A stretch of 64,000 nt of DNA from assembly GCA_951406725.2 (NCBI GenBank), contig OX597830.1, forward strand, positions 3,906,001 through 3,970,000. Reading direction: 5' to 3'. Made by a program: the position numbers and the translations under genes. This stretch comes from Octopus vulgaris (taxonomy: Eukaryota). The notes under the pieces were generated by a model. It was not told the DNA's origin. It was given only the letters and a program-made list of their open reading frames with translations, and searched no databases. Positions 51,401 to 64,000 of the stretch are shown in pieces; the stretch's first letter is position 1, and every line of letters starts with the position of its first letter.

Positions 51401-53107
51401 ACATTATGCACAAATATATATATATGTATCTGTGTATATGCAAGAACAAAAGAATAGGAATTATGAATTATAGCTGAAACAGTTGTAAGCTAATGAGGTA
51501 GATTGCATAACTCCTGTCCTTTTGGCACTCATTAATTATTATTTTGCTCTGTACTGATTTTCTGGTTTAAAGAAGAATCTGAATGGAGAAAATTCATATC
51601 TTCTCACTGCTAAACCTTACAAATAATTGTAAATTATACAAGTATACTTGGTTTTTATCAACTGGTTCTTAATATCACTATGGCTAAGTAGAAACAATAT
51701 GTGTGTGTGTGTGTGCATGCAAATCCTCAAAACAAAAGCTGGTACCAAATAGATAGTGCATGGTGGATTGGCGAGGGTGTTCCTCTTGCTGGGGACATGT
51801 GCCCCTGTGAATGGATGAAGCACACACATGCAAATGTACAATGAATCCTGTTGAAACAGAAATAACTAATCGTGCCATTCCCTTGTTAATTTTCAAAATC
51901 TGTTGTTTTGCAAATACTTTTGAACAGGTTTAACATCAAGCTGTCATCATTGGTTTTATATTTTGACAATTGATTTAACAATTAAAAGAAATTAATTTCA
52001 AAAATTTAGATTGCATTAAGTTTAATCAGTGACTGAAAATATTTGAGTTCTGTGGTATGTAATTTATAGAACTTTCTTTGGATTATATAATTCACAACAC
52101 AAATCCAAAATGCAGAGAAAAAAAAACCCATTCATAAAGGAATAAATTCTAAACACTTTCTATTATTTTCTTCGTTTGCATTCTATTCCTCTGATTACAT
52201 ATTCATGTTTTGTTTGTCTAAATCACCACTATGTAGCTTTGTGTGCTTCCATACTATTTTTTCCTACCTAAATTGTGTTGCTTTTATTCTTTCTCACTTT
52301 TCTGTCATATCTTTTTTATTTCCTTCTCTGTGTTTTTAGTTTGTCTTCTCTCTTTATTTTACTTATCATTGATACCTTTGAAGAGATATTTGAATTTAAA
52401 CCATCAATAAATCAAAATAAGATAACGAGATCTTTTAAATCTTCTCACTTTTGAATTTAGTTTATTTTTTTCCTTGAAACTAAATCTATAAACTAGTGAA
52501 CTGAGAAATCAATATTGTCTCACCGTCTTGACATAAATTTTGATCGTCTCAGTTTTATTTAAAATCTGATATATTTCTTCTGCTTGAGCTAAGCACTGTT
52601 ATATTAATTACTTTAAATATCTTTAAAATATCTAAATTTTGCACTGATTAAAACAAATTTCCATTAGTCTGAACATGTAAATTATTACTACATTTCGACT
52701 AACCAGCATTTGCACTTTCTATTTATTACATTAATTGACCTGCATCATATAAACTGTACATGAGTAGAATGGTTAGTGTCTTTGAAACTCAGCAATTCTT
52801 TTTATATTTCTGTAGAATTTTCTATAAAGTAAAACAGTGTATCAATTAATCTATTTGGTGAAATTTTTAATTGTGTTGTTTTAAGTGAATGGACTTAAAA
52901 TTGCCTTTACTCATCATAGGCACAGTTTTCCTGAATGGTTAAGAGGTTCACTTAGCAACCATAAGGACCTAAGTTCTATCTGAAGCAAATGCCATTTTCA
53001 ATACCCTTGGGCCAACTCATACTTTCTGAATGAAATCGGGTTGACAAAAATTGTATAGAAACCTGTTAGCTGGATTGTACTTATAATTAAAAAAGTGTGG
53101 CCATATG

Positions 53108-53428
53108 AATGGACGTGACTTTGTGGTTAGGGTATTCAGCTCATGGCATTAAGGTCATAACTTCGATTTCCAGCAACATATTATGTCCTTGAACAAGACA
53201 CTTTATTTTATATTATTCCAGTTCACTCAGCTGGCAAAAATGAGCTGTACCTGTATTTGAAAGGGTCAACCTTATCACATCCTGTGTCATGTTGAATATT
53301 CCTGAGAACTACATGAAGGGTACACGTGTCTGTGGAGTACTCAGCCACTTGCACATTGATTTCGCAATCAAGCTGTTCTGTTCATCAGATCAACTGGGAC
53401 CTTCATCATCACAACCAGTGAAGTGCCA
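53108..53428 (+). mobile_element. SINE with family D tail (same head type as 40701-41027)
   Basis: GTGGTTAGGG..TTCGATTTCC..GTCCTTGAACAAGACACTTTA..CAGCTGGCAAAAATGAG..AAGGGTACACGTGTCTGTGGAG. A partial second tail follows at about 53468-53575. Confidence 0.85.
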
Positions 53429-53621
53429 GTTATGTCCTTCTACACTCCATTTAATGCCGATACTGACTGAGAATTCTAGTAAGGGTACACAAGCTTGTGG
53501 AATGTTCAGTCACCCACACATTAATTCAAGAGATCAAATGACTCTGTCTTCATTTTCAAATGACAGAAATCCACCTCAACATTGTAATTGATAACATTAC
53601 ATTATAAACAAAACCTAACAA

Positions 53622-53790
53622 AATGATTGGCCTTTGGGGTAATATTACTTTGCTTGGAAGCAGGCGAGGGTTGGTGACAGGAAGGGCACTCAGCCATAGA
53701 AAATCTGCCACAGCAAATTTTGTCAGACTTATGCATGCATAGAAAAGTGCACATTAAAATAATGATGAAGGTGGTGGTGGTGGTGGCGGC
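53622..53790 (+). mobile_element. RTE-type SINE tail fragment
   Basis: GCTTGGAAGCAGGCGAGGGTTGGTGACAGGAAGGGCACTCAGCCATAGAAAATCTGCC. Confidence 0.75.
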
Positions 53791-56043
53791 TGCTGCTGCT
53801 GCTGCTGCCACTGCTCCACTGGAAATTATTTTAAAATGTTAACTAGTGTAGCAAGATGCTGAAAGAATTTTGTAATTCTTGAAATTAATACAAGTATAAT
53901 AGAAAATAGATGTAGCTACCATAATCACAATTGTTTGTTTAGAAATTTTTGAATACAGCAATTTTGAAATATATAGAATTTTGAAAGAATTATAGAATTC
54001 AGTTTCATTTAGTGGTGTGCTATTTTAGTAACACCACACAATTTGTGGTAGAAGTTAAAAATGTTTAAGTACTATAGAAATAGTGAGTTGAGATAAGGAA
54101 ACTTTTAAATAAATCATATCATTGCATTTTTAGCTTTAATATGTATCTATATTAAATTAATGAATTCAATTTTATGTTGTGTACATATTTTTATATTTCT
54201 GTCTTTTACAACTCATGTAGTTTGCTTTTACCAAATTGATTTATTTGTTTAATTTTTGAAAAGATTAATGTGCCACACATTGCTTGATGGTCAAAATTTT
54301 AAGAATAATCATCCACACCAGCCTTATTGTGTGACTGTTGCTTTTCTGGATCTCATAAATAGGAAAATTGTTCATTCCTCTATTTCTATATGGACAAAAA
54401 AGTAATAATAATAATGATAATAATAATAATAATAATAATAACAACAACAAATAAATGAAGACTCATTTATTAAAGGAAGCTTTATCTTCTCCAGACACAA
54501 TGTTTGGATGCTACAGATTCCATTTGATAGGAAAACAAATTTACTTTTCATAACAAGTGAAAACAAAAGAATGTACAAGCTAACTAAGGAACCTTTATGC
54601 AGCCACATAACCTGCTGAAAATAGAAAGCAAATCTCCTTCAAACTATATTTTACTATACTGGATGATAGCCTTATTTACAGTGAGTGCTGAATCCTGATT
54701 TTATTCTATATTCTTTTGAGCTGGGAGTCAGAACACTATTTTCAAACCAAAACAGCTACTAACTATATATGTAAGGCATAGGTTCAATCTCAACTGCAAT
54801 ATTATTCATGCCTGTGGGAGTATGTGATCACTTCACAATCTCTTACAGTATGGATGACATCTATTCACTCTGATGGCCAAACTTTCTCTCTGTCTATTTA
54901 TCCATCCTCTCTCTCTCTTTCTCTCTCTCTCTCTCTGTCCTTTCTGTTTGCCTTCCTGTCTGTCTGTCCTATCACTGTCTGCCTATCTCTCTGTCAGTAT
55001 GTCTCTCTGCCTCTATCTCTCCCCTGTCTGCTTGCCTACCTCTTTGTCTATCCTATCTCTCTATCTGATTGTCAACTTATTCATCTGTCTATCCATCAAT
55101 CCATCCATCTCTCTATCTTCTTTTTTTCTTTTGTAAAGCCATACTTCTCTTCACCACATTTCACTCTGCCACTCACTAATAATTCTATTTACTGATTCTC
55201 ATTCTTCTAGAAATTTAAGCTCTTCAAAGACCCAACCTGGCTTTTTATTTGATTCTTTTTTCTTGCTGACCCCAAACCATCAAGAAATAATATTCCGCCT
55301 GAATAAAAAATGGTTTAACCTTATCCAGCTGCTCCTGTTTCCACAAGTCTTCTCTTCATGTACTAAACAGTAAACAGTTTACTACCTACTTGCTGTCTTG
55401 CCAGGAATTTACCATGTCTCAACTTCATCCATAACTTGCGTTATTTCATTAATATGTTTTAAAATACACCATCTAAATATCTATATTTATTTAACTAAAT
55501 TAAATTATTTTCATGTGTAATAACAAATATGATATGTGAATATTACAGAAGTTCTATTTAATGAGATTTTAATGGAAAAATATTATTTGGAAATGAAATT
55601 TCGCTCAAAATATCTTGAAATTAGAATTTAAATTTTGTTTGCTTCATTTCGTGATAAAAGTATAAAAACTTTATTGAAACTGTTTTGTTATTCATAGTTA
55701 CAGAAAAAGTATATATATCCTATTTTTGTCTAGAAATAGTTTGTGAAAGGCATTGTTGGAAATGAAACCAAGCTGTACAGCAATTTTAGTATAAGATTTG
55801 AGCACATTAGCATCTTCACTTGTGTTTCTGTCTTAACTTCATTTCTATAATGTCTGATTATCTTTAGCCATGATATTTTGGCATATTCTTTGGCTAGATT
55901 AAATATTATTTCAAAGAACAAGGTTGCATCATTCCTATATACTATCAGAAATTCATAAGATCACTCCTGAATTACTGTTTTCTTAGTCAATTCTTTTACA
56001 TTTTCTCTGGGTTTTCTAGCGCAGAGCTCACCATTAGTTATCA

Positions 56044-56104
56044 TGTCTGTCCTTGTTTATCCTCTCTGTGTTTAGCCCCTTTTGGGTAGTAAAGAAATAG
56101 GTAT
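56044..56104 (+). mobile_element. Isolated 3' tail of SINE family A
   Basis: TGTCTGTCCTTGTTTATCCTCTCTGTGTTTAGCCCCTTTTGGGTAGTAAAGAAAT matches about 6808-6862. Confidence 0.85.
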
Positions 56105-59100
56105 TAAGCAGATTATGAATTAATCTTCCCCTGACATAGCACTCATCTGTCATAAGTTTTTCATAGTTAGAATTTAACCTAGAACATATAAATAAAGATA
56201 TCAGACACAACTTTTGAGGTGTACCATTGCATACAGCAATGTATTACACAATACTATGGTACCTGTGTAGACATTGGTAGACCAGGTGATATTAGTTTTG
56301 AGACTAGAGACCTAAAATGCATCCAATGACAGGACTTGAATTGTTGATCTTTAGGTTAGCTGATCAGTGCCCTGTTTTCTCAGCTCTGCTCAGCATTGAC
56401 TTGTAGACAGGGAAAATAAGACGTTGAAAATTTATTACTGCTCTTTTAGTTTTAATGTTTATACTGCTACAGTAAGCACCGTATAAAAACTATAAACAAA
56501 AATGACAATATGTTAAAAGAATTTCTTTACTCTTTTGTAAGTACATTTGTTGAAATAGGTTCTTTCTCTTTTAATTAATTCTGAAAACAATGAAGCAATT
56601 AATAAAAGGCCTTTGTTTTTATTAAATACGTATTTTGAATATAAGTTAGCATGGAATTTTCAGAGAATGTTTTATTTTAACTCACTTTATACAGGACATA
56701 TTCATAGAAGCAGGGCAGTTTTAGACAGATTGTACCATTGAAACTAGGTGTGGTTAGTAGTATCACAAACTCTTTAGAAATTTGTCCTTGTCATATTGAA
56801 TAATGTGAAAACTAGAAATATGATATAAAAGGAAACTTTATGACAGCCATAGTGAGAATGTAACTTTGAAGAACTTGGTTGAACAATCTCTCCAAAAGTC
56901 AAATATGTTCTTTAAATCTAATTATAGCTGAAATTTCTGAAATATTGTTGCTTTTGCATAACAAGTCAGTTACCAACATTGAATTTGATTTGATATTGTA
57001 AAATGATTAATTAATCTAAAATTTTAGATTTTACTTTCATCTAGTTGCTCTTTTTGAATTGTATTGCCTGTAACATAGAATGCATTCTATATTGGTATTT
57101 GCTAGCAAATAATTCCCGTCATATATTATATTTACAACATGATACTGTATCTATACTTTGATATATTCATCTTATAACATTTGTATATTGAATTATAAAA
57201 TATTTCAGAGAAGAATCTGTTTCTGAAGATTATGTCAAAACTCAACTCTGTATTAATTTTATTTGTAAAACTCTATGTATAACCTTTGTATCGACAAAAA
57301 ACAACACAAATGTTTTTATTTGGAAATACAGAAATAAAAGAGGAATAAAATTTGAAAACTAAATCCCTTATTTAAATTTATCATCTGTAAATGTTTAAAA
57401 TACAAAGTTGGTAATTCAGACCAAGCAAGCTGAAAATCTTCCCTGATCTGAATGTCCGTACTCTCTTATATTCTCTGAGCTACTTTTAGAAATAATTCAT
57501 AAATATTTGGCATTATTATCATTCAAGAAATTTCTCAGTCAATAAACTGTACCCCTTTTGCCTTATCGTATTTATAATTTATAATTGCACATCCATGTAA
57601 AAACTGTTTAAACTGATGTAGTTGCTCATCTTGTAACCATAGTTACTTTAAGCCTTGCCATTCTGTTTCAAAACAAGGAAGATACATTTGATGACACAGT
57701 TCATAGTTCAAAAACTGAATACAAAAACTAGACTGTTATGGCTGCAGTATTAGTCAAAGCGCTCACAAATATAGCTGTGTCCAAATCTATTCGCCTACAC
57801 TGACTTCATTAAGACCTTTTCTACTATTTTCATTACTGGATTCATTAATTTTGATAGTCTGTAATCTCTAGCAGTTCCTCTTTACTCCTGTTATAATGAT
57901 AGTAACATTTCTATACCAAACAAGACAAGAACTTTTAACATTTTCTAATGGATTAAGTAAGTGAAACTAACCTTGATGGATAAGCTTGCTGTATCTTAGT
58001 AATTATTTCAGAAAATTATACAACTTTTACAGTTTCCAGTTTTAATTAGCAAAATTAATGTTAGCCACAGCTTCATTTTCCATTGTCTCTACCAGGAATA
58101 TAATCAGTCATAATATCAAATTAATAAAAATATGTTCCACAAGGATAGACCTAGTCAAACATCTTGGTATAAACATTATCTTCAGCAGACACATGATGAA
58201 TATCTTGTATAATAGACAATTTAGTTTTCACCTGCTTGCTTATATTATCATGAATAATAGTTTTTTTGTTTTTTTTTAAATAAATCATTGATAATTGTTA
58301 TTAAACTACACTCTGTACTTTAGACTCTGTTGGAGTCTTATTTCTTTTTCCTGCTTCCAAGAATTACTAAGAGCATACCAATTATTCGAGAAAAATCAAC
58401 ATTGAACTTAACTGAACATTGTTTGTTTTTACACTGGTTTATGCATTAAAAGTGGGAATTTATAGAAATATGGAAACCTCTATGTGTATATCTATTGTGA
58501 ATGTGTAGTGAGAAATTGTCATTCAAAGCTGTTCCGTTCATGTTCTCACAGCAAAGAAAAGCAGTAACCCGAAGACTTAAATCAAACTGTGACCACCCAT
58601 ATCTTCAAACAATACACAAGTATGAAGAAGCATAATGGGTTCTGTTATTCTTCATCACTTTGTTTAAACACTGCTTTTGCAAAGACTAAAGTTACTTGAA
58701 GACCTTTCGTGTGAATTTGATTTTTTCCCCTTTATTCTTCATAAATACACATCAGATACCATCTACAAATGTTTACTTTGTATGCTCACCATTAAATAAC
58801 TGTTTATTGCTTGAATTGAAGACACATCTCATTTTGTACCAGAATTGGCACTGGTCTTTTAGTTTTACTTATCAACAACAAAAGCACTGACCCAGATAAA
58901 ATGATAATATAAGGTTCTCATAAGAGCCTTATATAAGAACCTTTTATTCCTCCTTATTTTCACTATTTTTTAATTATATTTACATATTTGAAGATGCAAC
59001 TTCATATTTGCTTTTACAAATGGAAGAAAGAAAACTAAAGATGTAAAACAGAAAATATATAAATCTTTAATTAGATGTGGATTTCACAAAAGTTAATCAT

Positions 59101-59184
59101 TGATTAATATATTAAAAGCATTTTATCTCTAAACGCAGTATTCTCAAACAACTATACATATGTGTGTGTGTGTGTATTTATATA

Positions 59185-59535
59185 TCATCATCATCATCAT
59201 CATCATGTAACATCTGTTGTCCATGCTGGCATAGGTTGGACAGTGTGACTAGAACAAGCAAGCTGGGGACCTACACCAGACTCCAGTCTGATTTGGCATG
59301 GTCTCTAGGGTTGAACACCCTCCCTAATGCCAACCACTTTACAGAGTGTGGTGGTGCTTTTATGTGGCACCACATTGGTGCTTTTATAGACCCCACAGAG
59401 GAACTTTTACATGGCACTGCCATGAGTGCTTTACACCACCAGCAGGATTGGTCTTAACATTTCTGCTGCAGGGGACAGGTCTTCTTGAGCATGGCAAAGC
59501 ACCAGGTATCTTGATCCTTTATCATCTCACCTGAA
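59185..59535 (-). mobile_element. RTE 3' end fragment
   Basis: (CAT)n..CCATGCTGGCATAGG..CCTAATGCCAACCAC, then GGTGCTTTT repeats, then GGTCTTCTTGAGCATGGC. Confidence 0.8.
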
Positions 59536-59555
59536 AGCTTGAGCTTTCTGAGGTT

Positions 59556-59594
<39 letters not shown>

Positions 59595-59647
59595 GTATAT
59601 ATATATATCATACAAAGTAAACAAACAAAAGAAAGTAGCACTCAATA

Positions 59648-60238
59648 CATTTGTCTGGAGTTAAATGTATTTAATAGCAGTTTGATGCATCTCTATATTA
59701 AAGCTTTGTGGGTGTAAGACACATCCATCTCACTGAATGTTCAGAAACAAGGTTGGAAAAAATTTATGAGAAATTTGAAATGGCTTTTAGATATTTAAGC
59801 CTCCATTCGATAGTTCAGATCACATGATTGTTTCTATTGTCATGGTTATGTTTATTATTTTAACATTAGGTCCACTGGTATATATGAGTGAGTACATGTT
59901 TCCCTCTTTGCCTTGACATTGTGCAATAGTTTTAAATGACTGCCATTGTCATGCGAGCAGTGTCATTCATCTTCAACGTTCTGTGCAAGCATATCTGATC
60001 ATTGGGAAGCATTTTCTTGGAAACAGGTGATGGTTGGCAACAGCGATGGCATCAGGCTCTAGAAAACCTGCTTGAAAAAATTACATCTGACCCATGCAAG
60101 CATGAGAAAGCAGACAACAATAAATGGTGATGATGAAATACACACACAAACATATGTACAGATGTATATACAGATGCAAATATATATATGTGTGAATATA
60201 TAAACATCTCCACATGCACATATATATATATATATATG

Positions 60239-60285
<47 letters not shown>

Positions 60286-60893
60286 ACATGAACATAGATT
60301 TGCATTTGTCTGGAGTTAAATGTATTTAATAGCAGTTTGATGCATCTCTATATTAAAGCTTTGTGGGTGTAAGACACATCCATCTCACTGAATGTTCAGA
60401 AACAAGGTTGGAAAAAATTTATGAGAAATTTGAAATGGCTTTTAGATATTTAAGCCTCCATTCGATAGTTCAGATCACATGATTGTTTCTATTGTCATGG
60501 TTATGTTTATTATTTTAACATTAGGTCCACTGGTATATATGAGTGAGTACATGTTTCCCTCTTTGCCTTGACATTGTGCAATAGTTTTAAATGACTGCCA
60601 TTGTCATGCGAGCAGTGTCATTCATCTTCAACGTTCTGTGCAAGCATATCTGATCATTGGGAAGCATTTTCTTGGAAACAGGTGATGGTTGGCAACAGCG
60701 ATGGCATCAGGCTCTAGAAAACCTGCTTGAAAAAATTACATCTGACCCATGCAAGCATGAGAAAGCAGACAACAATAAATGGTGATGATGAAATACACAC
60801 ACAAACATATGTACAGATGTATATACAGATGCAAATATATATATGTGTGAATATATAAACATCTCCACATGCACATATATATATATATATATG

Positions 60894-60940
<47 letters not shown>

Positions 60941-60960
60941 ACATGAACATAGATTTGCAT
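59648..60960. repeat. 655-bp tandem duplication, 2 apparently identical copies, each containing an RTE-type SINE tail
   Basis: Copy 1 starts CATTTGTCTGG at 59648 and copy 2 at 60303. Identical ORFs are offset by exactly 655 bp (60052/60707, 60059/60714). Confidence 0.97.
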
Positions 60961-61369
60961 AAGTGGCAAAGAATGAGTATTTAAATGAGAGAATGTAAAA
61001 GTAATAACTAGGATCGACATTTATCATACGAGATTATTTAAGAACATGTCATGTTTTCCTAAACACAAACTGCTCCAAGAAAAACAATTGAAAATCAAAC
61101 GATTCTGCAGTTAGGAATGAAAGTATTGTTTAGGATTTATTTTGTTGTATTTATCTTATTTATTGTTTTTATCTTTACGCCAGAATTTGAAGAATATTGC
61201 TCGCAGTCTGTGTTTTCTCCCATAAATTTGAAGAAGCGAGATGGTTTATATGGAGCTTAAGTTGTTAGTGTTTCGTGTATTGTAGGAATATTGAATAGAA
61301 AAACAGCTGCAGAGCTGTGTTGGAAATCTAGAGTATGTGATAAGTTTGCTGTGAATATAGAGATCGACT

Positions 61370-61590
61370 TGTAGTTTGTAAAGTGCACACAGGTGAGTCA
61401 AACAAGCAGTGTCATTTTGAATCTTCTATAGAAACTTCTTGCATGGAAGCAGGCATTACAAGCAAGGGTTGGTGAAAGGAAGAGCATCCAGTTGTAGAAA
61501 GTTTACCTCAACATATTCTGTTTGACTCGTACAAGTATGGAAAAGTGGATGTTCAAACGATAATGATGATGGTGGTGGTGGTGGTGATGT
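61370..61590 (+). mobile_element. RTE-type SINE tail (decayed)
   Basis: AGGGTTGGTGAAAGGAAGAGCATCCAGTTGTAGAAA..GGAAAAGTGGATGTTCAAACGATAATGATGATG. Confidence 0.75.
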
Positions 61591-62615
61591 TCCAGCTTTA
61601 CAAAATTGTCCTGAAAATTTTTTATTGGTCAATAAATTATAAATAACACCAAAACATTTATGTCATCAGAAGAGTCATAGACTGAATAGCAAAGATGTGT
61701 TGGTTGTAATATTGGAAGCACAATAAACAGTGTAGAGCTGAGAAGCTTGTGGCAATTGTTGATTTATGGTTGCAGATGAGAAATACGCATCACTCCTTTA
61801 ATATATAATTTAGTGATGCTTTTATTGAAGAACTTGGTAGAGGCCATAAATTTTGTATTCTGGCAACTGTTGAGATGGCTTATAAAAGATGGAGCTCTCT
61901 AAGGAATAAATGTGATAATCAGATAATCGTGTTTGCAGAAAACTTGTTAGATGTTACATATTCGATTGAGAGAATTGGGCCAAGGAACATCAAGGTATCT
62001 TTAGTTGCAGAAAAAAAAGACAAAACAGGAAATTTTAAAATTTACTGCAGAATATGGTGATGTGTTGATTTAAGGAGTTAATCACCTTTAAAAGATGCTT
62101 GGTTTGGTGACAATTTGAGAAGGAAATTAGGAGATATCTATCTGAAAAATTAACTTTCGAATCATTAAACCAACAAAAGATTGTTTCTACCATTTCAGCT
62201 CCACTTAATAAATACATGCTTGATAGTTGAATGTATTGAGATTGTACATCAAACTGGAATTGATCAAGACAGTTTCACTGCTCATTTTAATTCATTTGCA
62301 TTGAGAAAAGCTTGACTTACATTAAAATGTTTTTTGTCATTTTTTTTTTGGAGGGGGGTAAACTTCTGAACACAGCTAATTACTTTCATATGCTATCTTT
62401 TTTGAATTCTCAGCAAAGGAGAATAAAAAGCTGTAACTAGCAGATTTTACTTAAAAGAAACAAAACAAAAAAAACAAACTAATTAAGTTCTTGAAATACA
62501 TCTTATAAAAGGAATGGGCTGTTCTTTCACAAGTCTCAAGGAAAAACTTATTGCATAAACTACGATCATTTTCAGAATTTTATTTTTACTCATGAATAAC
62601 TACTCATCATCATCA

Positions 62616-62653
<38 letters not shown>

Positions 62654-63520
62654 GCAGTACATTAACACTTGAAGAAGAAAAATCGAAGGAAAACATCATT
62701 TACCTCATTCTTGTTTAACCCTGTTCTAAATGTAGCTATTTTCATTCATTTTCTTTAATGAATTTAATAACTTTTTTTTAATTAATGTTTGAAAAAAATG
62801 TTTTTTCTTTCAATCATTAAGTGAAAATAATATATATTTTTTCTTCCTTTCCAGTAAAACAAACTGCATTTGTTTTATTTCTATATATTATGTCTTATTT
62901 ATTTTGGTGAACTGAGATGTTATTTCCCATAATTTAAGGCTTCTGTAAAATGTGTATGATAAAATTAGATTGGAAACAAACTAAATTCTCAATAGAGCAG
63001 TTGCATTTTCACATTTGGCATGAAGATATATCACTTAGAAGTGACACTGCAAAAAATAAAAGAAAGAAAAGCAACCATTTTGATTTTTTTTAATACAGAA
63101 ACTGTCACTGAGACATAACTTATCCTGGCACTAAGTTTGAATTAGTGTTATCATGCAAGAAATACTTAGAAAGAAAGTGTCTATCCTAAAGCATTGGTAT
63201 ATGTGTGTATGTGTATGTGTAGACAATCTCTAGCCATCCATATATCCATCTATATATCTCTCTAACTATCTATCCATCCACCTATCAATTCCTCTGTCTA
63301 TAAAGTAACCCATCCATCTATCCATCCATCTATTTCTACATGCATATACCTATCCAGCTATTAAGCCCATCGATCTAATTGTACCTCCATGTCTTTCCAT
63401 TTCACATTATTTTTGTAAAATCATGAAATTTTGAGATAGATTAAATAAATGGAAAAGATTCATCTTACAGATTTCAAGTGTATGTATATCTGTAAATATG
63501 TTTGTATATATATATATATA

Positions 63521-64000
63521 TGACACGTAAAAGCACCATCAGTTCGTGGCCGTTTGCCAGCTCTGTCTGGCCCCTGTGCCGGTGACATGTAAAAGCACCA
63601 TCCGTTCATGGCCGTTTGCCAGCCCTGTCTGGCCCCCATGTCGGTGACATGTAAAAGCACCATCTGTTCGTGTCCGTTGCCAGCCTCGCCTGGCCCCCGT
63701 GCCGGTGACACGTAAAAGCACCATCCATTTCGTGGCCGTTTCCCAGCTCTGTCTGGCCCCCGTCTTGGTGGCACGTAAAAGCACCATCCGTTCGTGTCCG
63801 TTGCCAGCCTCGCCTGGCCCCGTGCCGGTGACATGTAAAAGCAACCTTCCGTTCGTGGCCATTTGCCAGCTCTGTCTGGCACCTGTGTGGGTGGCACGTA
63901 AAAAGCACCCACCACACTCACGGAGTGGTTGGCGTTAGGAAGGGCAAACAGCCGTAGAAACACTGCCAGATCTGACTGGGCCTGATGAAGCCTTCCAGCT
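63521..64000 (+). mobile_element. Young RTE 3'UTR with an internal tandem array of about 62-bp units; runs off the window end
   Basis: Units start at 63521, 63583, 63645, 63706, 63769, 63829 and 63892 (partial). They are followed by CACACTCACGGAGTGGTTGGCGTTAGGAAGGGC, as in the other RTE tails. Confidence 0.9.

Noticed and set aside
51494-51515. TGAGGTAG let-7-like seed (also TGAACACAGCT, miR-317-like, near 62367)
   Set aside because: Only the 5' part matches and no precursor hairpin is evident.
63521-63910. CRISPR-like repeat/spacer appearance and the 167-aa ORF
   Set aside because: The context is eukaryotic, the spacers are themselves repeated, and there are no cas genes. The ORFs come from the tandem repeat.

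Overview
This is AT-rich, microsatellite-dense eukaryotic DNA that looks intergenic or intronic. Its repeat families resemble those I recall from octopus (coleoid cephalopod) genomes; that assignment is an inference, not a database result. I found no convincing host protein-coding exon, rRNA, genuine tRNA or CRISPR array. Almost all listed ORFs are translations of microsatellites or the antisense strand of repeats. The real coding remnants all come from retrotransposons: two young 5'-truncated CR1-group LINEs with open reverse-transcriptase (RT) frames (33441-35091 +, 35309-36450 -), an old copy of the second family (9385-10130 -), several decayed RTE-clade pieces and a probable L1/Tx1 3' end. 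Around them are many tRNA-derived SINE copies (working names A, C, D; E is an unclassified repeat) built from interchangeable heads and LINE-derived tails, several of them nested, plus one non-autonomous Helitron. The most notable structures are: a 327-bp inverted repeat carrying Penelope-type hammerhead-ribozyme-like motifs (41074-41400); a SINE-head/microsatellite/LINE chimera; SINE tail swapping with the donor LINEs present in the same window; a 62-bp hairpin-unit array in an RTE 3'UTR; and an apparently perfect 655-bp tandem duplication. I see no evidence for a wholly new host gene system. Repeat boundaries are read by eye and are approximate unless a target-site duplication (TSD) is quoted.
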